The translations under genes were made by a program, and so were the position numbers. A stretch of 64,000 nucleotides of DNA from Geosiphon pyriformis uo1 (Eukaryota > Fungi > Glomeromycota): contig JAAOMT010000414.1 of assembly GCA_016748015.1 (NCBI GenBank), positions 152,481 to 216,480 on the forward strand, written 5' to 3'. Shown here piece after piece: positions 1 to 12,700 of this stretch. Below the pieces are notes generated by a model. That model was not told the origin of the DNA, did no database searches, and saw only the letters and a program-made list of their open reading frames with translations. Each line of letters starts with the position of its first letter. Within the stretch, counting starts at the first letter, position 1.

Positions 1-725
1 CACTAAAATCAATAAAGAAATTGAAATTTACACTCAACAAAGATATTTAATTACCTATGTAAACAAAGGCAAAGGAAAACTGCAAACACCAGCAGTAACA
101 CCCAAAAAGATACAACCACCCACTTGGAAGAAAACAAGAGTTGAGTCACCAATTAATCCATCATATTATTATACACCCAAAAGTGCCATCAATATTACAG
201 ACGCATCCACATCAAACACAACATCAACCTTTGGACAATTTTTATTTCAGAGTAAACAAAAGAAAGAAGATCTTCTAGGACTATACGGCGCATATTTCAA
301 AAGATTTAAGTCTCAATTGCTTATGCCATCAGGACTCCAATCTTCACTACCCCAACCAGATTTCAGAACTGCGAGTTTCTAAGACGTAACAGAATCAGAA
401 AAAGACCAAGAAGAAAAGGAAGAAGAATCTGAAGATTAAGAATTTACTTACCAGAACCTGATCACTGGAAATTGAAACCCTAAACTTTCAGACTTAGCAA
501 AATCTAAGTTTAAAAAATCCAGAAATTAAAACTCCAAATTTTCAAATGCAGCACAATCAAAACAATCAAAACTCCAATCTAATTAATTAACTGGACCTAC
601 CTCCTGTTATCATTATTAACCCACCACCAGTTGAACCAATTGGCCAGCCACTACAACAACTACACCAGCAGATTCAACAGCCACTAATACCATTTCAACA
701 ACCACCACAACCCAACTTAGATCCA

Positions 726-1541
726 ATGGCATACACACCAATAGCCAAACTCAAAAAATTTACTGGCAAAGAGAACAATGTCCAAGTATGGCTAAATGAT
801 ATGGAGAAAGCCATTGCAGCTAATGGATAGAATGACACCAGAGCCATGCAAGCCATCTCATATTTTCTCCAGAATACTGTCAATTTATGGTACCAAAGTC
901 TGGTTAACAAACCCCAAGATTTTAATGCATTTAAAATTGAGTTTTTAAAATACTTCAGCAACAATAACAGCATTAACAAGCTAGCAAACATCTTCACTAC
1001 TATCAAACAAGAAGAAAATGAAGCAGTCACTATTTACTTAGAATGCTTCCATAGAAATCTGTGCCAGATCCAAGCCATTAATGCCAATTATTTTACAGTA
1101 GCCCAGATCCTAAATCAGTTTATTCACAGATTATACAGCAGCATCCTGCAATGCATATGTCCAATGCATCCCATCGATCTGCAAGCAGCTGTCACAAACA
1201 CCAGAGATTTTGAAGCCACTGAATTAGAAGCCAACCATGTCCAAGCCATTAATCTAGTAATGAATGGATCATCTGAATTGGATTCCAAATTGAAACAATT
1301 TAGCAATTCTATCAATTATAAATTAAAGGGATACTTAACTGACAATCACACAATTTATCAACCACCACAACGATGCAATAATTCTGGAAATGTGAATCAC
1401 TTCCAGAATCAGTCACATCCATCATTATTGACCAATCAACAGTGGCAACAGAAAATGCATGTTTGCTACTATTGTGGTAGACAAGAACACCTACAAATCA
1501 ATTACCACTATTGCTTAAATAACCAACAATTAGGAAATTAA
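726..1541 (+). pseudogene. gag: Gag capsid domain with degenerate CCHC zinc knuckle (copy A)
   Basis: MAYTPIAKLKKFTG...; ORF 846-1541 has retrotransposon-gag-like IKQEENEAVTIYLECF and CYYCGRQEHLQINY (C-x2-C-x4-H-x4-C with the last C changed to Y). Confidence 0.85.
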
Positions 1542-2090
1542 TATCAAAACCCTGATCACCAGTTTCAAATTCCGAATAACCCACCAAACTCAGAACCATA
1601 TCATCAGAATTACTTACCTATGATGCAACAGCCACCTTATCAATCACCAGTATATCAAATGCCAATTTATTAGCTGTAGTCACAACCAATTTATTAGCCA
1701 CAGCCACAACCCAATTATCAGCCACAGCCTCAGGTAATATATTAGCCCCAACAAATTCAAATACCACTACAGAACTTACCTCAAAATGGAACCCAAAGGC
1801 CAAAATTGACCCAACAAAGCTAGAGATCATCAATGGTAGTCTATCAACTGATCCCCAGTTCTTCTATACAACCAGCAGGATCTTGACAATGGAATTTGGG
1901 CACTGGATACACCCAAAACCCGAATTCTTAGAACTATTTAAATCTACTGGTTACCTTAAAAGACACTCAACCCAATAATCTGGAATCCAATCAATACCCA
2001 ACACTTACTAGCAACATTCTCCTAACTACTATCACCGAGAATAAATCACTGGACACTATCTTCCCATTTGAACTTGAAGAACTGTCGATC

Positions 2091-2500
2091 ATGCCATTAT
2101 TTAGTGGAGCTGCTCTGGAAAAAAAACCCATTACTGCCATGTACACTGATGCCAAAGTTGATGGCCATTTCATCAAACTGATCCTAGACAGTAAATTAGC
2201 TGGCAGCATCATTACAAAACAACTCATAGACCAATTAAGTTACCAAGTTGATCGTGCTGCCAGTGCCAGGATTATAACTACTGATGGAGCAACCAAAACT
2301 CCCATTGGTAAAGTTAATGACTTTCCTTTTGAAGTCAATGGCATTATCATTCCCATCAAAGTCTTAGTGATAGAAGCAATCCAATATTAGGCATTAATAG
2401 GAAATGACTGATTATCTAAAACCAATGCCATATTGGATTAGACAATGCAGAAGTTCTAACTGAGCCAAAATGGTCAACACACACATGTACCCACCATGTG
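2091..2500 (+). pseudogene. Retropepsin aspartic protease (copy A)
   Basis: YTDAKVDGHFIKLILDS(K) with DSG intact in copy F (LILDSGSAGSII); C-terminal ALIGND(W)L motif. Confidence 0.9.
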
Positions 2501-2859
2501 TGGTCATTTCAAGACCACCAACTCGACAATACCACTTATCAAATTCGAAGAAGAGAAGAAGAAACCTACCTGGGAAGCCTATCAAGTATTATGGGCTGAA
2601 ACAGACCACAATGAGCTGCTGCCAATACTATCATAGAACAAGCCAGAAAAAGAAAAACAAAGAGAAGAACTCACCTGAAAAACTGATGATCTGACATGAA
2701 CCAACAATGATAACAACAAACCATTATCAAATTGGAAGTGGGAAGAAAATAAAGAAAGAGACAAAGAGAAAGGGAAAGAAAAAAACACCATTCAAGCCAA
2801 CAACACTTATATTCCAGCCACTTATGCTCTACCACAACAGTTTACCTATTACCAATCCA

Positions 2860-3500
2860 AACTAATATGTATTGATTGTGGCAAAAAATTGTCATCAATG
2901 AGCACTTGTTGTGATAACAATAAGGAATACATTTTGGCAACAAAATTCTACTGCCACCCATGTGTTCTTGAACATTTTTGAAGACCAAAACGAGTAGGAA
3001 AATAGGACAATGAATTATGCTTGGCTTGTGGAGAAACTTTTCTGAATGAAAAAATGTGGAACGACATTCCTGGGCGAGAAGAAATGTGCAACAAATCATG
3101 TCAATACACAATTCTCATAAGTGACTGGATCAGAAAAGAAATGTCCATAGACACTGCCTAAAGATGAACCATCAAACATTTGGACGAATGCCCACATGAC
3201 AATGATGAAATCTGGCAAATGGCACTTGCCAAAATTGAAGGAACAACCCCAGAAGAAATAAAAGCGATTAAAAATAACTCACCTAAACCTATAGAACTTG
3301 ACTAGAACTCAGAACTAATCATAAATCTCCTGGATCCAGAACAATTCCACGAATATTACCAAGAGCTAGCACCTACCAGAGAAAAACAAGAGCAGTGTTT
3401 GGAGCAGTTGAATACTCAGTTATGTTAACATTGCTTAATTCCCTATGACTTTTAATATTGTAATGAGTGTGATCTCATTTACAATCCACTATCATGCATG
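2860..3500 (+). pseudogene. Cys-rich putative zinc-binding region between protease and dUTPase (copy A)
   Basis: CIDC, CC, CHPC, CLAC, C-x3-C, then a second cluster C-x2-C-x3-C-x4-C-x2-C (intact in F: CDYCLIPCDFQYCNKC). Confidence 0.7.
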
Positions 3501-3742
3501 ATTTATATGATTCCAGAAGAGAAACCAATCAGCAGCTGTGCATTGGAATTGGAATCAGTTTTCAATCCTGATTCAAACTCTGACAATGATAATGATGAAA
3601 ACACTGGTTCTAGCTCCATCCAAGATGGCAACAAAAATATCAATGATTTAGACTCCAATTCAAACCCTGAAATATACATTGCACTTCCTAATCTCTCTAA
3701 GGAACAGAAACTCAAATGGTATAGTGATAATAATAAAAGTAT

Positions 3743-4140
3743 TATGCCAGAACACGTACATGATACTGACGCAGGATTTGATTTGAAATATCCAGGAAAA
3801 GGAGCCATCAAATTGGAACCAAATTCGTGCACATGTATTGATCTCAAAATAGCTCTGGAAATCCCAGCAACAATCATGATCCAATTAGCATCTAGAAATA
3901 GTTTAGCGAAAAAAGGAATCAACATTAGAGGAGAAATAATTAATGTGAAATATGTAGGAAATATCATCACTATGCTACAAAATGACTCAGAAAGACCTAT
4001 ATTATAGAGCCAAATAAAAAGATAGCACAGGCAATATTCTTACCTCTGGTGAAAATAGCTCAGTTAGTATCAATAAGAAACAGAGAAGAATTAAGGATTA
4101 TAGCTAGAGGGATACAGGAATTCGAATTAACAGATAGAAT
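3743..4140 (+). pseudogene. dut: Trimeric dUTPase domain in pol (copy A)
   Basis: Motifs DAGFDL, SR(N/S)S, G(E/G)IIxxxYVG, KIAQ, RGIQxFGS (best preserved in F ORF 33433-34611). Confidence 0.93.
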
Positions 4141-4699
4141 AGATATATCAATTAATATGGCAGAGAAAAAAATTGTAGACAAAGGAGAAATTATCTCAAT
4201 TTATCAAACAATTTTTATTCTGCCATATAACTAATACATGTTAGCCATAAAAAAAGAAGTAAAAAATCAAGCTCAATTGTTTAAAGCAAAAGCCACCATT
4301 TGTGAATCAGGAGAGATTGGACTCACCAATTTCTATATCTCAACCAACAGTTCCAAAAACATCAAAATTCCCATCTATAACACAACTGGAAATGTCATCA
4401 AAATACCAAAGGGAACCATTATTGAATATTTAACTACCAAAGTTGAGGATCAACCACCAAACCACATTCCAGATTTTTCACAGCTTTGCAGATATGTGGA
4501 CATTACATCACAAATTATCTATAGAAAAAATAAATGTTATCTGCTTCAATCAGAACAATTGGAACAGATGAACATGGGAAATCTAAATCCACTTCAACAG
4601 ATACAACTCAAGATGTTACTCAACAATTTCAATGACATTTTTGCTAGTGAAAATAAATTTGGCTGAACTAGCATCATCCAGTATCAGATCAAGACTGGA

Positions 4700-5968
4700 G
4701 ATGCAATGCCAATTAAACAAAGAGCATACAGAGTACCACCAGCTAGCCATGAGATCATTCATCAAGAAATCAACTGAATGCTTGACAATGGGCTAATTCA
4801 GTCATCAATGAGTTCATGGTCATCACCAGTAGTACTAGTCTGTAAGAAGAATGAAAAAATCCGTTTTTGTGTGGATTATCAAAAACTAAATGGAGTAACT
4901 AAAGGTAATAGTTATCTAACTCCAAAGATCCAAGAACTATTCGGCGCTTTTGGTGGAAATAAATGGTTCTCAACATTAGATTTCTATAGTAAATACTGGC
5001 AAGTAGCCATAAATCTAGCTGACAAAGAGAAAACAGCATTTACCACAAGAGAAAGAAATTTTGAGTTTGAAGTCATGCCATTTGGCTTGATGAATGCTCC
5101 AGCAACATTCCAACAGTTCATAGAAATTGTCTATACTGGATTACTATGGAAATCAGTAGTCATATACTTGGATAACACCAATGTGTTCTCAAAAACATTT
5201 GATGATTATCTGCACCATCTCCAAGAAGTGTTCGAAAGATTAAAAAGAGCCAGATTGAAACTAAATGCAACTAAATGTTTCTTTGGAAAAACAAAACTCA
5301 AGTTTTTGGAACATGTAGTAAGCAAAGATAGAATCAAAACAGATCCAGACAAGATTAAAGTAGTTAAGAACTTTCCAGTATTAACCAACTTGACAGAACT
5401 AAGAGCATTTTTAGGATTTGCAGACTACTATTGTCACTTCATCAAGGACTTTTTTAAACTAACTTAGCCACTTCACTATCTACAAACCAAGAATGTGAAG
5501 TATAAATGGACTAAAGCTCAACAAAAAGCTTTCAACACATTGAGAAGAAAGCTTATCCAAGCTCCAGTATTGATGTATCTAGATCACAACAAACCATTCA
5601 TTATTACTATTAATGCATCAGGTCAAATATTGGGAGCAGTACTATTACAGAAAAGACCAGATGGAAGAGAACATCCAGTAGTTTACGCCAGTAAAAGCTT
5701 AAGTCCAACTGAGAAGAACTATGGAACTCCAATACTAGAACACTTAGCTATCTATTGGGCTGTCATCAAATAGAAGGAATACTTGAGCCAAAAGTTTGAA
5801 GTGTACACTGATCACAAAGAATTGACTTCAATCCAGAAACAAGAATTTGCAGATGATTGCCATGCCAGATGGAAAATAGAACTTTCACTATTTAATTATA
5901 CAGTTCATTATAAAAAGAAAAAAGACAATGGAAATGCCAATGGACTGTCACAAATAAAACCAATCTAA
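4700..5968 (+). pseudogene. pol: Reverse transcriptase and RNase H (copy A)
   Basis: PIKQRAYR, SPVVLV, RFCVDY, KTAF, MPFGL, YLDN (decayed YxDD); RNase H (D)ASG..LGAVL, VVYASKSL, YTDH, NANGLS; stop at 5968. Confidence 0.95.
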
Positions 5969-6000
5969 AAACATTTCAATCCAAAAAAATATAACAAAAG

Positions 6001-8075
6001 ATGAATATACAAAAATACCAACAACTACAACATTATATAAATACCCAATTGTTCAAGAAAAAATTATTTCAAAAAGAACAAAACAACATAAAACAACAAT
6101 CAGAATATTTTATCAATCATCAAAATATATTTTACTGGAAGAACAGAAGAAATCCAGATCAACCAACCAAAGTAATTACAAAACCAGAGAAAGAGACAAT
6201 ACTATTCAACATGCACTCAGATCTAACAGCAGGACATTTTTATAAAGAAGTGATCATAGAAAGAACCAGAAAAAGATATTATTGGCCATCAATGTATCCA
6301 GATATTATCCAATATGTTCAAAATTGTGATGCTTGTCAAAAAAGAGGAGAAACAAGACCAAGTGAACCATTAAAACCAATCAAAGTAGAACAACCATTTG
6401 ACCATATTGAAATTAACTTAGTCGGACCATTAACAATCACTGGCAAAGGCAACAGATATATCGCAATAGCCATGGACTATCTCACTAAATGGCCAGAAGC
6501 AAAAGCCATTTAAAGAACAGATGCAAAATTCATTGCCAAATTTGTTCATTAAGATTTGATTTGTCGACATAGATGTCCAAAAGGACTATTATTAGATTAA
6601 AGAACACACTTTGTGAACAGAACATTAGCAGAATTAAGTCAGAGATTTGGAATCAAAAGACTATTATTATTACCATACCATCCATAAACAAATAGGTTAG
6701 TTGAGAGATTTAACAGAACATTGTGTAAAGCAATTGCCAAGATCAGTCAAGAAAATCAGGACAAATAGGATTTGTTCATACCATCAATATTATTTGCTTA
6801 TTGAACAATGAAACAAGACACTACACAAACAACACCATTTGAATTAGTATACAGTAGAACAGCAACATTACCAGTTAAGATAGAAGTCAATATTTATCCA
6901 ACAGAACCAATAACTGAAGACAATTTTTAGAAAACGTTGCTAAGAAGAACATATGACTTGATAAAAACACTAGAAAACAGACAACAAAAAGCAGCTGACA
7001 ACATCTAAAAGTCACAAGAAAAGCAAAAAGAATGACTTAATAACCAACTACCAAATAAACCAGTTGAATTCCAAATTGGAGACAAAGTACTATTACACCA
7101 TACCAAAGCAAAAAAACAATGGAGTAGAAAATTTGACCCCAAATGAGACGGACCATTTTACATAGAAGAAATTCTAAGAAATGGAGCTTATAAATTAAGA
7201 TGAAACAACAAAATCTTAGCCAAAACAACACATAGTAATTGACTGAAACTATATCACCAGATAGTATCATCATTTACCAATAACATTCCACAACTGGGAG
7301 TACAAAAGATACTAGTTCAACCTGATAAGATTCCATGAGATCTAGAACCAATCATAGCTATTGAACCAAACATGGCAAATTGAACAACTAAAAGAATATA
7401 TAAAGACACAGTACACATGACAAAAACAACCAAGAAAAAATAGAAATACCAGATTATATCCACACTATAGCTTAACAATTGTTCCAGGTCTTAAGTTAAC
7501 AACCTTTAAACATAGAAATTATCATTAACAACCAAACAATCTGCTATAGAAACACCAAAAGAAAAACAAAGAATACACCATATCAGCGGTTACCAAAGAA
7601 TGATAAAAACTGGTCAGATAACATAATAGAAAAAGTAAAAAACACTTTTGGGAAAATACCTATTATGGCACTAACAGAAGAACTTACAAAAAAGAATTGG
7701 AAGCAATGAACAGAACAACTTCCAATATCATACTGTTACTACTAATTAGGTCAAAAGTTAAATATTCAAGAGTTGTATATTGACAAATTCAAGAGGATAT
7801 TTAACCAAAACATAATACAGTAAATTGAAAAATTTATTGGGAAAAAGATGAACTCAACATTACATGTAAGAACAATTTACTAACTACACAACATATTTCA
7901 GAACTATCTAGAAATATTGTTACATTCTGACATGGAAACCATAACCATTAACCAATGGAAAAAAATGAACAATACACAAATAGAAAATGTGAAGAACAGA
8001 ATCGAACAAACAATATTTGAAAAAAAAGTATTAGAATTAATTCAAAATGAAAATTTCGACAGAGCTTAATATTAA
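6001..8075 (+). pseudogene. Integrase ORF with its own ATG (HHCC, rve core, GPF module) and a long C-terminal extension (copy A)
   Basis: HSDLTAGH...CDAC, PFDHIEINLVGPL, AMDYLTKWPEAKAI, GLVERFNRTL, GPF; frame continues to a stop just before the PPT. Confidence 0.9.
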
Positions 8076-8088
8076 TAGGAGGAGATAA

Positions 8089-8970
8089 TGTTACTCATAA
8101 AAAAAAAAACAGATATAAAAAATAGCAGACCAATAAGAAAATAATATTTAGCACATGAGCACATTGCTTAGCAATATGGAGCAATATCAGAAATCATGAC
8201 ACATTGCTCAGCAATGTGGAGCAATATTAGAAAGCATGGCACATTGCTCAGTAATGTAGAGTGATGTTAGAAAATTAGGGCACATTGTTCAACAATGTGA
8301 GCATTGCTTAAGAAATCATAGCACATTGCTTGAGAATGTGAGTGATCTCATAGAACATTAATTATGTATATATAGCAGTAGCATTAGAAATAAAAAGAGC
8401 AAAATCTTTTGGTTAGAAATTTTCCATCCACAAATATTAAATAAATAAATCATTCACCATCCAAATCCACTCTCCACTATCAACACTTCATGTTGATAGT
8501 AATTGATACTTAACCATGCTGGAACAATAGCTCTTGATCATGACTATTGATGAAATACTAACTTGCATATCACCTTGGCTCATTTTTTTATTTTTTTTTA
8601 TTTATTTCTTTCTTTGATTTTGTTATTGTATATTAATTGATTAAAGATTAAAGTGCTGAGTAATTGACATCATGGATAGCCTGATAAAAGACCCAGAAAT
8701 AAGAGTAAAATTATATATATATTAACAGATAGCTTACCAGAAAAGCACGAATGCCAAAATAAACCAGCCACCAAGCTAAAAACAGAAATTGGGAACACAA
8801 CTTACCAACCAACTACATTGTTATTAAATCTTTGTCCATTATACAAAGGACTTAACACTAAAACCTTTAGATACAACTAATGTACCAATAACACCAGTTT
8901 TGTCAAGATATTGAGCACCAAGTTACGGATTTGTTATTTGATTTAAGGCCCCAAATAATCATCTGTAACA
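8089..8970 (+). repeat. 3' LTR of copy A
   Basis: TGTTAC...GTAACA termini, CCAAT box, TATA box (tatatatagc ~8368), aataaa, conserved LTR core shared with the other LTRs. Confidence 0.93.
8159..8360 (+). repeat. U3 tandem array, ~40-bp unit x5, each with palindrome CACATTGCT-C-AGCAATGTG
   Basis: Read directly from the sequence. Confidence 0.9.
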
Positions 8971-9750
8971 ATGGAGCTCAATATTAAAAAGAAAAAAATA
9001 ATATTACTTATAAATATAGGAAGTATATTAGCATATAAATTAGCCAATTAGAAATAGCCATAGTAAATATAAAATTCCAGAATTCCTGGTGTGAAGAATT
9101 GAGAAATTGAGGAATTTCAATTATGTATATATAGCAGTAGTATTAGAAACAAAAAGAGACAGAATATTTTAGTTAGAGACCTCCCAGTTTAAATTTGATC
9201 TAAGCAATCTTCCATTTACAAATATCAATAAATAATTATTCATTATCTCAATCCATTCTTTACTATCAACACTTTATGTTAATAATAATTAATACTTAAA
9301 CACACTGGAACAATAGCTCTTGATCATGGCTATTGACAGAATACTAACATTTATTGCCTTGGCTTATCTCTTTTATTTTCTTTTATTTCTGTTATTTTTT
9401 TTGTTATACTAATTACTTGAAGATTAAGCGCTAAGTTATTAATGTTACAGATAGCCTGGTAAAAGACCTTAAAAGAAAGGTATAGGAATTGAAAAGTTAA
9501 GGATAACTTACCAGAAGGACATTTCTGTCAAGATTACTGGCCATTATGCTAAGAAAAAAATTTGATAAAATTGCAATTCCAGGAGGCTACTGGGAAGACA
9601 ACCATTGAATCTCTGTTTATTATATAAAGAACTCTACAACAAAACCTTCAAATAAACAATGCCTTCAGATATTACCAACAACATTATCAATTGAGCACCA
9701 AGTTATAAGTTTGTTATTTGATTTGAGATCCCAAATAATTACTTGTAACA
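8971..9750 (+). mobile_element. 3' end of copy B (last ~30 bp of internal region, PPT, 3' LTR 9002-9750); host of copy A
   Basis: atggagctcaatattaa + purine tract + TATTAC (=TGTTAC) ... TGTAACA. Confidence 0.88.
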
Positions 9751-12700
9751 ATATCATCAAGATACTAAAAAGAATCATTATTGGATATTTAACCACCGAA
9801 ATCAAAAACCAACTACCAAACACCATTCCAAACTTTCCACAACTGTGTGGATATGTCAACATAATATTACAAACTATCTATGGACAGAATGAATGTTATT
9901 TGCTCCAACCAAAACAATTAGAACAAATAAATCTGGGAAACTTAGACCCACTTTAACATATGTAACTCAAAATATTACTTAACAACTTTACTGATATTTT
10001 TGCAAATGAAAATGAGTTTGGCAGAACTGACATAATTCAATACCAGATTAAGACTAAAGATGTGATGCCAATTAAACAAAAAACATACCAAATACCACTA
10101 GCCAGCCATGAGATTATTTGTTAAGAAATTAATTGGATGCTTGACAATAGGCTAATTTAGCCATCAATAAGTTTATGGTTATCACCAGTGGTACTAGTCT
10201 GGAAGAAAAATAGAAAAATCTGCTTTTGTGTAGATTATAGAAAACTCAATGATATAATTCATGGAGACAGTTATCTAACTCCATAGATTCAAGAATTATT
10301 TGATGCTTTTGGAAGAAAAAAATGGTTCTTAACATTAGATCTAAATAGTGGTTATTGACAAATAGCCATGAATTCAGAAGATAAAGAAAAGATGGCATTC
10401 ACCACAAGAGAAGGGAATTTTGAATTTGAAGTGATGCCATTTGGCTTAACTAATACACTGGCCACATTCCAATAGCTAATGGAAATTGTTTATACCAGAC
10501 TACTATGGAAATCAGTAGTTGTATATCTAAATGATACTAATATGTTCTCAAAAACATTTAATGATCACTTCCATCATCTCCAGCAAGTGTTCAAAAGATT
10601 GAAAAGAGCAGAATTGAAATTAAATACAACCAAGTGTTTCTTTGGCAAAACAGAACTCAAGTTTTTGGGACATGTTGTAAGCAAAGAAGGCATTAAAACA
10701 GATTCAGATAAAATTGAAGTAGTAAAGTTTTTTCCAGTACTCACTAACTTGACCAAACTATTAACATTCTTGGAATTTACAGGGTATTATTGTTATTTCA
10801 TCAAGAATTTTTCCAAACTGGCTTAACTATTACATTATCTACAAACTAAGAATATTAAATATGAATAAATGGAAATACAACAAGAAGCTTTCGATACACT
10901 AAAAAGAAAGCTTATTCAAGCTCCAGTACTAATCTATTTAGATCATAGCAAACCATTTATTATTACCACAGATGTATCAAATTAAGCATTGAGAGCAGTA
11001 CTATCACACAAAAGACAAGATAGAAGAGAACATCCAGTAGTATATGCCACCCAAAGCTTAATACCAGTCAAAAAAAACTATAGAACACCAGCACTTGAAC
11101 ACTTAGCAATTTATTGGGCTGTCATGAAATAGAAGGAGTACTTAAGCCAGAAATTTAAGGTACACATTGATTATAAAGGATTGACTTCAATTCAGAAGCA
11201 AAAATTTGGAGATGATCAACACAAGAGATAGAAAATAGCACTTTCATCATATACTTTTATAGTACACTATAAAAAGAGAAAAAAAATAAAATACTAACAG
11301 TTTGTCACAAATAAAACAAATCTGAACATTTCAACCCAAAAATATAACAAAATCTAAACAGTTGAAAACAAAAATATATAACAAAAAATAAATACACAAA
11401 AATATCAACAACTCTAGCATTATATAAATACTCAACAGTTCAAGGAGAAATTATCTCCAAAAAAACAAAGCCATATCAAACAACAATCCAAATACTTTAT
11501 TACTTACCAAAATATATTTTATCAGAAAAACAGAAAGAATTCAGATCAATCAACCAGAGTAATCACAGAATCAGAAAAAGAAACAATATTATTCAACATG
11601 CATTCAGACCCAACAGCAAAATATTTTCATAAAGAAGCAATTATAAAAAGAACCAGAAAAAGATACTATTAACCATCAATGTATTCAGACATCATCCAAT
11701 ATGTTCAAAATTGTGATGCTTGTCAGAAAAAAGAAGGAACAAGGCCAAGTGAGCCATTAAAACCAATTAAAGTGAGACAACTATTTGATCACATTTGAAT
11801 TGACTTAGTTGAATCATTGACAATAACCAGCAGAGAAAACAAATATATTGCAGTAGCTATGGATTATCTTACAAAATGGCCAGAAGCAAAAGCCATTCAA
11901 AAAACAGATATGGAATCCATTGCCAAATTCATTCATCAAGATCTAATTTGTTAACATGAATATCCAAAAAAACTACTATTAGATTAAAGAACTCACTTTG
12001 TAAACAAAACACTAGCAGAAATAAGTCAAAGATTTGGAATCAAAAAACCATTATTGTCATCATACTATCCACAAACAAATGGGTTAGTTGAAAGATTTAA
12101 CAGAACATTGTGTAAAGCAATTGCCAAAATCAACCAAAAAAACCAGGACAAATGGGATTTGTTTATACCATTAGTATTATTTGCTTATCAGACAATAAAG
12201 CAAAATACTACACAAGCAACATTATTTGAATTAGTATATGGTAAAATAGCAACATTACCAATTGAAATAGAAATCAATACATATCCAACTAAACCAATAA
12301 CAGAAAACAAATTTCAAGAAACATTGTTAAGAAGAACATATGACTTAATAGAAACACTAAAAAACAAATAGCAAAAAGCAGCTAATAATATTCAAAAAGC
12401 ACAAGAAAAACAAAAAGAAAGACATAATAACCAACTACTAAATAAACCAGTTGAAATTAAGATTGGAGACAAAGTATTTCTATATCATACCAAAGCAGAA
12501 AAACAATGGAGTAGAAAATTTGACCCCAAATAAGACAGACTATTTTACATAAAAGAAATTCTTGGAAATGGAGTTTATAAATTAAGATTGAACAACAAAA
12601 TCTTAACCAAAGCAACACATAGTAATTAACTGAAACCATATCACCATATAGTGTCACCATCCACCAGTAATATTCCACAATTAGAAGTACAAAGAATACT

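Larger units (their letters stand above)
1..8970 (+). mobile_element. Ty3/Gypsy LTR retrotransposon copy A (family 1, dUTPase-bearing); 5' end outside the window; decayed
   Basis: Domain order gag-PR-dUTPase-RT-RH-IN, PPT aataggaggagataa (8074-8088), 3' LTR 8089-8970 bounded by TGTTAC...GTAACA; many premature stops. Confidence 0.95.

Noticed and set aside
8476-8560. Self-cleaving ribozyme or H/ACA snoRNA in the LTR
   Set aside because: No CUGAUGA/GAAA core or other ribozyme consensus; the hairpins are too short for H/ACA
8089-9750. Adjacent LTRs as a TRIM or tandem element
   Set aside because: The two LTRs have different U3 regions and the spacer is an internal 3' end plus PPT with no PBS; nested insertion explains it
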